Shown piece by piece: positions 1 to 8,300 of a stretch of 50,639 bases of DNA. Position 1 is the stretch's first letter; every line of letters starts with the position of its first letter. A model generated the notes under the pieces. The model was not told where the DNA came from. It made no database searches and was given only the letters and a program-made list of their open reading frames with translations. The stretch is from an uncultured candidate division WWE3 bacterium (GTDB lineage: Bacteria; Patescibacteriota; WWE3; UBA101185; UBA10185). Location: contig CAIRNR010000007.1 in NCBI GenBank assembly GCA_903879985.1, positions 412,880 to 463,518 of the forward strand, read 5' to 3'. The position numbers were made by a program, and so were the translations under genes.

Positions 1-47
1 TTTATGCCGTCACTACTTCTTAATGTATAATTGATTTCAGAAAACTA

Positions 48-164
48 AATCCGCCGACTAAACAAAAATCCACGCCATATTGGTGTGGTGCGTAAAACTC
101 ATAAAGGGGCTACTCTTTCGGGTTTTACGCTTAGTCGGCGGATTACTACAAGAGTAGTCCCTTT
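48..164 (+). ncRNA. Structured RNA candidate with C4/CI-antisense-like architecture
   Basis: 14-bp perfect stem 48-61/131-144 encloses hairpins 70-88 and 90-130. Loop 103-117 is complementary to 150-164. All mismatches are G-U on the + strand. TATAAT at 26-31. Confidence 0.6.
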
Positions 165-231
165 GTTTTCGTTAACGATGCTTTTGGACTTTCTTAAAAA
201 GTTTTCAAGTAATTATTTTAAGGAGTTCAAA

Positions 232-489
232 ATGGCTGATTTTGCAAATGAAGTGAGCGCGGTAAAAAAGGTTGGTAAAGTTCAAAGGCAATGCCCTCAT
301 TGTGGTAAATTCAAAATAATTAGCAAAAAGGAGACCGCAGGATTTATATTCCTTGGTGGTTTATTCACAATACTCTTATTTGGCATTGGGCTTATTGTTA
401 TGGTTGTTGCAGTAGTGTATTTAATAGTTATTAGGTTTGACTACAAGTGCGTATCATGTGGTTACGAGTGGAAAAACGAAAAGAAGTAA
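232..489 (+). CDS. Small membrane protein, CxxC-hydrophobic hairpin-CxxC (LITAF-like zinc ribbon)
   Basis: AAGGAG SD before ATG 232; CPHC...hydrophobic stretch...CVSC. The track start at 85 lies inside the structured RNA. Confidence 0.7.
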   Translation: MADFANEVSAVKKVGKVQRQCPHCGKFKIISKKETAGFIFLGGLFTILLFGIGLIVMVVAVVYLIVIRFDYKCVSCGYEWKNEKK

Positions 490-497
490 ATAGTTTT

Positions 498-594
498 TTG
501 ACAATAGTGGGTTGGTTTGTTAGCATAGTGCCAACAACAAGCCTAAAAGAGGCACTGAAACGAGTTTGACCAATGTCCTATAGTATTGTATAAT
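498..594 (+). promoter_or_regulatory. Two tandem sigma70-type promoters
   Basis: TTGACA(498)-17 nt-TAGCAT(521) with TGn extension; TTGACC(566)-17 nt-TATAAT(589). Confidence 0.7.
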
Positions 595-642
595 TAGACT
601 AGTTTACAACAAGCACTAATAATCCAAATAAGGAGAAAAATC

Positions 643-1023
643 ATGTGCAAGTCTTTCAATAAAGGCGTCCTGTATGTGCGTATTCACGATGGCGAGGTTG
701 CTGACTTTTTCTACCCTGATGAGGAAGTTCCTGCGGGATACTCCAACTTCCACTGCCAACACATCGCCCGTATCCATTGGGAAGCAGGCGAGCCGAGTTT
801 TGGCGGTTGGGTTGATACCTCACAGAACGGCGACCGTTCAGGTTCGGGCATGCTGATTGAATTTCGCAAGGCTACCGACGCTGACATCAAGAAACTGCTG
901 GATGCATGGAAAAGTCGCGTCTCTATCGCTGAATGGGTCGAGAATGTTCAAGAATACAATCCCGACCTGTCCAAAGCAGAAAAAGACCGCATCGCCCGCA
1001 TCACCAAACCCTACATCAAGTAA
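643..1023 (+). CDS. Hypothetical protein (accessory cargo)
   Basis: AAGGAG SD, 126-aa ORF, visibly more C-ending codons than neighbours. Confidence 0.75.
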   Translation: MCKSFNKGVLYVRIHDGEVADFFYPDEEVPAGYSNFHCQHIARIHWEAGEPSFGGWVDTSQNGDRSGSGMLIEFRKATDADIKKLLDAWKSRVSIAEWVENVQEYNPDLSKAEKDRIARITKPYIK

Positions 1024-1043
1024 AAAACGTAGGGACATTTTGA

Positions 1044-1106
1044 GAAGCTCTCTCGTCTACTTTTGGTTACCAAACCAACTGCGGATTAGAGGGCTTCACT
1101 TTTTTT
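1044..1106 (+). terminator. Terminator-like stem with U tract
   Basis: GAAGCTCTCT(1044-1053)/AGAGGGCTTC(1088-1097) followed by a T run; loop is unusually long. Confidence 0.4.
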
Positions 1107-1152
1107 CTTATCCTTACACTAATTTGTTACCCTTTTTAGATATAATTAAATA

Positions 1153-1650
1153 GTGAGTGCTATCAACGAAAATCAACTATCGTCAACAATAAGTGACATT
1201 GTTTTAGTAAATGACGTGCATTTTAGAGCCGTTAACTTAAAGCTTTGGGGGTTAAGTTATAAAGAAATTGCTGACGAATTGCACCGCAAAGAACAAACGG
1301 TTAGGAGTTGGTTTTCACAGGGTGGCGAGTGCCACGATTATTACGAAGAACTTAGAAAACAACGTTGCGAAGAAATTAAACAGCACCTTGATAACTTAAA
1401 AGACAGCTTGGACGAAACGGTTATAGCTTCTATGGCTTTAATCCGCAAGGCAGTTGTTGAAAAGAAAAACGAAAATGTCGCTCTAAAAGTTCTATTGGCA
1501 ACAGGGATTATTCAAGGATTTGAATTGCCAAACATGCCCCATCAAAACGGCAATGAGCTAATTTCATATCTCAAAGCTTCAATAACTGCCTACGAAAAAG
1601 TGAATAAAATACCCGTGTCCAATACTTTGGACGCCGATAATACAGCCTAA
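1153..1650 (+). CDS. Helix-turn-helix protein
   Basis: GLSYKEIADELHRKEQTVRSW HTH pattern; TATAAT 6 nt before GTG. Confidence 0.7.
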   Translation: MSAINENQLSSTISDIVLVNDVHFRAVNLKLWGLSYKEIADELHRKEQTVRSWFSQGGECHDYYEELRKQRCEEIKQHLDNLKDSLDETVIASMALIRKAVVEKKNENVALKVLLATGIIQGFELPNMPHQNGNELISYLKASITAYEKVNKIPVSNTLDADNTA

Positions 1651-1694
1651 ACCTTTACCAACTTTGCTGTTAAAATAGCGTTGAGGAAAATGTA

Positions 1695-2348
1695 ATGACC
1701 TACGATGAAAAATACAGCTTAATAGTGAAAGCGGTAAACGACGCTAAAAAGTTTTCAACTGATGTTAATAACGTTGATGTGCCTGTAAATGGCAACGTTG
1801 GTTTGTGGAATGTTTCAGTGGACGATATTACTAAAATTCTTCAACAAATTGAAAGAGAGGGCGTTTTACGCATTAAGAAGCTACCCAAACCACCGCTTAC
1901 AACTGACGTGCACTTTATCGTTAGTGTGAACGAAACCTTTGACGGTTGGGTTAAGAAATACTTAACAATAGAAGGAATACAGAAACTGAAACAAGAACAA
2001 AGAACCGATGCGATTGCACAGGCGGAACTACAAATTTACTACACACCTGCACGTGAAATTTTGATAAATCAGTTGTTCCTGCTTCATAAGACCTCTTTTG
2101 CTACTGAAAACGATATGGTTTTTGATTACCTTTTTCACCACCCAAACGAAAACTTCACGAAACGAGATTTGGAAACAAGAATATCAACGAAAATAAATAA
2201 GTCATTTCACAAAATAGTGGAAAACCTTGGATTTAGCGGTGATATTAAAAAGTTATTTTTTGTAGTATCCAAAGATGCAATTCTGTTTAGAAACCCTGTA
2301 ACCAAAAGCGATATGGAACAATTAGGTATATTAAGAATAACATTTTAA
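1695..2348 (+). CDS. Hypothetical protein, possible C-terminal winged helix
   Basis: 217-aa ORF with GAGG SD; fold guess is weak. Confidence 0.65.
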   Translation: MTYDEKYSLIVKAVNDAKKFSTDVNNVDVPVNGNVGLWNVSVDDITKILQQIEREGVLRIKKLPKPPLTTDVHFIVSVNETFDGWVKKYLTIEGIQKLKQEQRTDAIAQAELQIYYTPAREILINQLFLLHKTSFATENDMVFDYLFHHPNENFTKRDLETRISTKINKSFHKIVENLGFSGDIKKLFFVVSKDAILFRNPVTKSDMEQLGILRITF

Positions 2349-2427
2349 TCATTCCTATCCATTCCCATTTGTTCTGTTCTATGCCTACCGAAACGACAGA
2401 AAAATTAAGTCGTTTTAAAGTGTTTCC

Positions 2428-2700
2428 ATGGTCGGGAAACACAACATATCCGAAATACAAGTCACACCTATTAAGCCTGTAAATGGTTTAGTTGGCTTTG
2501 TAAGCTTTGTGCTAGACGGGTTTCTGTATCTTGGCTCAATAGGGGTTATTACTCGCCCACAAGGCGGTTACAGGCTCACTTACCCCACAAAAACAAGCGG
2601 GTCTAAGAACCTAAATATCTTTTATCCGATAAACAAAAGCTTTGCTGACTTCATTGAAACCACTGTTCTGCAAGAATTTGAGAGGGTCATTGGCTTATGA
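2428..2700 (+). CDS. SpoVG-family nucleic-acid-binding protein
   Basis: ISEIQVTP..GLVGFVSFVLDG..GYRLTYP..IFYPIN..IETTVLQEF matches the SpoVG pattern. Confidence 0.75.
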   Translation: MVGKHNISEIQVTPIKPVNGLVGFVSFVLDGFLYLGSIGVITRPQGGYRLTYPTKTSGSKNLNIFYPINKSFADFIETTVLQEFERVIGL

Positions 2701-2837
2701 ACGCTATGACCTTAGAAGAAGCCAAAACGATATTGGGCGAAGTGGCTACAAGTATGAGCGACCAAGAAATTGAAAAGCTTATAATGTTTATTGAGAAACT
2801 TTGTAATAAATTTATTGAAGAAGCAACAAAACAGTAA
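2697..2837 (+). CDS. 46-aa protein missed by the ORF track (MNAMTLEEAKTILGEVATSMSDQEIEKLIMFIEKLCNKFIEEATKQ)
   Basis: ATGA overlap with the SpoVG stop; TAA 2835-2837 is 1 nt before recombinase ATG 2839. Confidence 0.65.
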   Translation: MNAMTLEEAKTILGEVATSMSDQEIEKLIMFIEKLCNKFIEEATKQ

Positions 2838-2838
2838 A

Positions 2839-4407
2839 ATGCAAAACATAATTAACACCGTTAAAAAGAAAATCGCCTTAATTTATTGCCGAGTTTCTTC
2901 GGAAAGACAAGTCAAAGACGGTAACGGTTTGGACAGCCAAGAGAAGCGTTGCCGAGATTATGCCACGCAAAAAGGCTACGTAATTAGTGAAGTTTTTAGA
3001 GACGAGGGCATATCGGGCGGGAAAGCAGACCGTCCTGCAATAGCAGAGCTTATAGATTACATAGATGACCACCCATTAGAGGATATTGTTGTTATATTTG
3101 ATGATTTAAGCAGGTTAGCAAGAGACGTTGCTGTTTATATTCAACTGACAAAAGCCCTTAAATCAAGGGGTGTGACCATTGAGTGCCTAAATTTTAACTT
3201 TGACGATAGCCCCGAGGGGGAATATGCAGAACTTATTATGGCAAGTTCTAATCAACTGTTTAGAAAGCAAAACAAACGCCAAGTAATACAGAAACAAAAA
3301 TCAAGGTTAGAAGACGGGTATTGGCCTTTTTGCAACCCACCCGCTTTTAAATTCGTGAAAGACCGTGAAAAAGGGCGTGGAAAAATTCTTGTCTACAATG
3401 AACCCATTACAAAAATCCATAAATCTGCCTTTGAGCAATACGATGCCGATATACTTAATACCTATGACGAAGTAAGAGATTATGTTAGGAGTGAGTATAA
3501 AAAGCAAGGTGTGAATAAACTGTTTGGGCGCAACGGCGCAATTTATATGCTATCTAATGTGCTTTACTGCGGGGATATTGCGTATAAACCTTGGGGAGTA
3601 GAACGACGGAAGGGCAAACATAAAGGCTTTATATCCGTAGAGATGTTTGAGCGTGTCCAATTGAAAATGAAAGGTAGGGCTAAAGCAAAAGCTCGCAAGG
3701 ATTATAGCTTGGATTTTGCATTAAGACGCTTCGCAACCTGCTCACAATGTGGTGAGTTCCTTACAGGGAGTTTTAGCAAAGGCGAGCATGGAAAACTATA
3801 TCCACACTATTGGTGCAAAACCGAGGGTTGTCCACTAAGATATACGACCATCAGAAATGGCGATATTGACACCTCGTTTGAAAACATTTTGACAAAAGCA
3901 AAGCCTAAAAAAACAGTATTGGAATTAACACACGAGGTATTACAGCGCTGTTGGAATAATAAAATTAAGGCTCACGAACTCACACATGCCTCAACGATAA
4001 AAGAATTGGCACAAGTTAGCAAACAAATTGATGGATACATGGCGAGACTTGGAAACACTCAAAATGAAGACTTAGTAACAATGTATGAGGAGACACTTAC
4101 CAATTTGGTTAAAGCGAAAAAAGACCTATCGGGAAAAATTGGCGTTAATCCGTATACCGAAAAAAGTCTTGGAACTGCTACTAACAAAGTTTTTAAAGCG
4201 ATAGAAAACCCCTTAGGTATGTGGAAAACCGACAGCATAGAAGACAAAAGAACCGTTCTTGGTATGTTCTTTGAGGGCAAACTTCCATACGACATGAAAA
4301 ATGGGTTTGGAACTCCCAAATTTTCAGATGGTTACAATGTAATCAAGTCTCTTGAAAGCTCAAAAGGCTCTTTGGTGGAGATGGCGGGAATCGAACCCAC
4401 GTCTTAA
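2839..4407 (+). CDS. Large serine recombinase (integrase)
   Basis: IYCRVSS catalytic motif, DEGISG, DDLSRLAR, recombinase domain, CSQC...C..C zinc ribbon, coiled coil. Confidence 0.95.
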   Translation: MQNIINTVKKKIALIYCRVSSERQVKDGNGLDSQEKRCRDYATQKGYVISEVFRDEGISGGKADRPAIAELIDYIDDHPLEDIVVIFDDLSRLARDVAVYIQLTKALKSRGVTIECLNFNFDDSPEGEYAELIMASSNQLFRKQNKRQVIQKQKSRLEDGYWPFCNPPAFKFVKDREKGRGKILVYNEPITKIHKSAFEQYDADILNTYDEVRDYVRSEYKKQGVNKLFGRNGAIYMLSNVLYCGDIAYKPWGVERRKGKHKGFISVEMFERVQLKMKGRAKAKARKDYSLDFALRRFATCSQCGEFLTGSFSKGEHGKLYPHYWCKTEGCPLRYTTIRNGDIDTSFENILTKAKPKKTVLELTHEVLQRCWNNKIKAHELTHASTIKELAQVSKQIDGYMARLGNTQNEDLVTMYEETLTNLVKAKKDLSGKIGVNPYTEKSLGTATNKVFKAIENPLGMWKTDSIEDKRTVLGMFFEGKLPYDMKNGFGTPKFSDGYNVIKSLESSKGSLVEMAGIEPTS

Positions 4408-4760
4408 ACCTAATTCACACAGCGTCTACAAGCTTATTCAAACTTAACTTAAGTATAATAAGGCGCTTGAAAAACCTAAGTTATACCGCAAGCCAATAGC
4501 TTTGAGCTCTAAGCCCTAGGCGGACAAAGTTGGCTATAAATAGTCAGGCCTCATTCCGGTTTTATATGACCCAAAGAGTCTCATCCGGACACAAAACTTT
4601 GGATCTGCAAGCTAGTTTTTAATTAGGCTGCAACGAAGGCCATTGCTGGCACATCGACTAAAGATGATTCTTCAGCATTTATTGTTTTGCTGGTTTAAGG
4701 AACCCGCGGTCCTGCATGCAACCGTGCAAATATAAGCTCAATCAAATCCTGAGCATCCCC
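4373..4760 (-). ncRNA. ssrA: tmRNA, tag (A)AEESSLVDVPAMAFVAA
   Basis: 5' GGGGATG / 3' CATCTCC-ACCA acceptor with G3-U pair; T-arm GTGGG-TTCGATT-CCCGC; tag frame 4676-4623; adjacent to smpB. Confidence 0.95.
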
Positions 4761-4822
4761 ATGTAAAAGTACAAGGAATTTATACCATAAAAGTAGGGTT
4801 TTATCAAGCTGTTAAAGGGAAA

Positions 4823-5293
4823 TTAAAGGTTGTTGGTGCGCTTAAACTCTTTGGTTTCTACCTCTAAGTCTTTACGAATTTGACGTTCTTTTGCCACAGT
4901 TTTCTTTTCAAAATCTTTACGGCCTTTAACTATGCCAAATTCTAGTTTTATTAGATTATGTTCTAGCACCAAGGCCAAAGGCACAGCTGTTTTACCACGT
5001 TCCGCAATTTCCCGGGTAATTTCGTCAATTTCCTTTTGGTTTAACAATAACTGGCGCGTGCGGCGAGAATCAACTTCGCTGAACTCTTTTGATTGCTTTG
5101 AATACTTACCAATATACATATTAATAACTTCAGGAACTCCTCCAATAATTTGTACATAAGAACCCTCAAAGTTGGCGTTACCTTCCCGAATGGCTTTTAC
5201 TTCGTAACCGTGCAAAGAAATACCCGCGCTATATTTATCTATTAGTGCGTTATCCCAAAGTGCTTTTTTGTTTTTTGCTAAAAGTAGTGCCAT
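4823..5293 (-). CDS. smpB: SsrA-binding protein
   Basis: NKKA, AGISLHGYEVKAIR, RTRQLLLN, VKGRK motifs; next to ssrA. Confidence 0.95.
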   Translation of the reverse strand: MALLLAKNKKALWDNALIDKYSAGISLHGYEVKAIREGNANFEGSYVQIIGGVPEVINMYIGKYSKQSKEFSEVDSRRTRQLLLNQKEIDEITREIAERGKTAVPLALVLEHNLIKLEFGIVKGRKDFEKKTVAKERQIRKDLEVETKEFKRTNNL

Positions 5294-5380
5294 ATGTGCA
5301 ATATATACCTATTTTGTCGGCTATAAAATGGTTGTTCTCCATTGGAGTTAAGTCGTTAATGCTATATAATTTATGAGTCT

Positions 5381-8300
5381 ATGCTAAGAAAATTCAGCGC
5401 CGTATTTTCTATTATATTTTTTCTGTTACTTTTATCTCAAACTGCGAGTATTCAACATGCTTTTGCTGCGCGGCTTTTAGCACCCGGCACTCGTTGCGAT
5501 TTATCAAGTGATAACAGAATTTCAAACGTTTGTGGTAACGCACGAAGCGCTCTATCCGAAGATTATGCATTGAGCGATGGCCAAACTGCTACAGGTCCTG
5601 GACGGGGCTTAGGCGGAGTTTCTGTTTATCTATACGAATGCGACCCTACTTCCCCAACATGTAAAGTAGAGGGAAACCTAACTTTGCTTAATAACGCTTT
5701 TTCTTCCACATATACAACGGATGAAACAGGTTGGTACGAGATACCAATGAGAAAAGTAGGAGCATATCAACTAAGATATATTGTATTTGCGTGCAATGGT
5801 ACTGTAGCAGGAATACAAAAGATACGTTCGTATCAATCTTTGGAACTTAATCCAATTTTAAACTGCCCACCTTACAATTCGTATATACCTCCTCCAAAAA
5901 AACTAAACTATATAGACAAAAGTCCTCTTAGTTGCGATATGCAACCTGCTTTTAGTGGAGGACCTGTCGCAATGGAAGTATCTTACGGAGAAACAAAGCC
6001 AAGTACTTTGTTAAATTTAGATATTACGGTCAAGGATGGTGATCCTAGGTTTGCAACATTAGCGACAGATCCTCAGGCCCCTATTTTAGCTGTTGCGGGA
6101 AATGATGGAAATGTGGACGGTGCCTGGTGGCATTTAGATTGTATGAAAAAATACTCAGGTGTTAGTAGACAACTTTGTATGGGAGGACAGCCTGACGTAA
6201 ATGGTACCAGACAAAAATATGAAGATGCTTTATACGCTAATCCGGCATATCTCGTTCAAAATAAACTACCAAATATTCCTCCTTCTAATAGTATCTTATT
6301 TTATAAGGAACTTACACCTAGACAAGATATAACAGAGTATTCTCAAAGCCCAACAAAACCGGCGCAGTTCCTGCAAACACAATTTGGTAACTGTGTTGGC
6401 CAAGTTTATTTACGAAAATTCGGAGAAAAAACACAGGAAAACATTGTTGACTGCTCTGCATTTAAGTCATGTAACGCGGCAATTGGAGACGGTGATAGAA
6501 ATCGACAATATTCAAGCGGGCCAATGAAAGGCTTGGCCAACCCATCAATTTTCCAAACAAAATTCGAGGCAGACGCCGATTTAAATGCCGTTGTTTGTAA
6601 GGTAGATGGAGGAACTTGTACACTCAAATGTGACAGTCCAACAAATCCAACTAAATGCTGGTACGAAGGCGACTGTATAAAATTAGGGCAAATTCAACCA
6701 TCATGGAGTCTTTGTCACCTTGGAGAAGGTGGATGCAACTACAAATACGATAAAACTTACTTTAATCCTGAAATCATGTATTTCCACGGACTAGCAGGAA
6801 CTCCGAGTAAATATCCTTTAGGTTTCGAAACTACAAATGACTCATATGGATCCTCCCAAGGTGCAGGACTAGGGAATACATTTACTAACGAGGTTCCCTG
6901 GCAACCAACAAAAGAAGCACAAGGCGTCCCAGCGCAAGGAGGTACTTTTATCACGGGAACAAATCCATTGGGAAACAGTAACAATAGTTTATTCGCTCCA
7001 ATGGGAGGTTTAGTTTCAAATTCACTTGGAGGAGGAAAAATTGCCTTAAGTTACGTATTAGATAGACCATTTGAATCGCCCGATGACAAAATGAGGTATA
7101 CATCAGGAGAAATGCTTATGGATTTAGACCCGGGAGTGGCACATTGTATAAAATCAAACGTAAACAAAGATCTTATTACCGGGGCAAAGGATTTAATTAC
7201 CAATGTATTAACAGAAACACGTAATGGAAACATTTATCGAAATAGCATGTTTCAAGGTGTTTTAGATCATTGGTTTAAGGATCTATCGCTATCGGGAGCT
7301 GAGCTTGTAGATATATCAGGAACCGCTCAAAGTAAAAAAACAGCAACATCTGGAAGATATTTTACAACTCCCGCGAAAAATAGAGCTATAGAATTAAATA
7401 GATGGGCACCAAATTTATTTACCCTAGGGGTAACCCAAAAATTTGGCTTTATAGACTATTCCTCATGGGCAATAATGAACCGAGATTTTGTGGATAGTGT
7501 ATTAACAACAACATATGGCCCAGGAAAAATAACAGTCACCTCAGACAGTATCCTTGCCGCTATATTATCAGTTGTCCAGAAATTCCTGGATAAAACCGAG
7601 AATAAAACATTTATAGACAGAAAGTCCACAGCACCAGAACAACTGATGGACGATATAAAAGCCGATTTTACGCTTTCAGAAGAAAACTTCATGTCCCTGT
7701 TCCCATTACCAACGCGCTTTGATAGTAATTGGCTCGAAACAGATGATTGGGGAAAAGACAATCAATGCTATCCTTGGAAAACTGTACTTCCTACAAAAGC
7801 CTCCTGTGGAACAGCAAAAGAAGATCCGAGCAATCCTGGTGTAGAAACCCAGGATCCACAAGCAATATCCCGTACATGCCGCGTTGAAGCGTGTAATAAA
7901 AAACAAACAATAGTTCGTTGCGACTGCGAGAAACATAGCGATGGAAGCGTGAGTGGCCCAGATAACTGCGACGATAAAGATGTTGTAGACGTTGACGGAG
8001 GTGGCGCGTGTGCACATGCGTGGTTAGATCCATACAACGACAGATTAAGATGTGCACAAACACAGACAACATGTATGGATGACAAAGGTAAAGTAGACGA
8101 AGACTGTCTAAAATTGACCTTCGGAATCGAAAGTCCTCTCGGCAATATAGTGGATTCGGCAAAACCAAAATGCGAGGACCAAACGTATCCCTCATGTTGC
8201 ACTAACCCTCCAGGAGGATGGAATAAAACTGAAGATGTAGAAGTAACAAATCCAGCTACAGGTGAAGTAACAATAGAAACAAAATATTCTTGTGAAGGAT

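Larger units (their letters stand above)
1..4407. mobile_element. Right end of an integrative element at the tmRNA 3' end (left boundary outside window)
   Basis: Serine integrase overlaps the ssrA 3' end; co-oriented accessory genes. Confidence 0.75.

Noticed and set aside
85-231. N-terminal extension of the first ORF
   Set aside because: Runs through the structured RNA; a good SD precedes ATG 232
2791-2838. TTG start for the recombinase
   Set aside because: Overlaps the 46-aa ORF; ATG 2839 is coupled to its stop and just precedes the catalytic motif
4373-4405. Possible tRNA gene
   Set aside because: It is the tRNA-like 3' end of tmRNA; tag frame, 5' end and smpB are present
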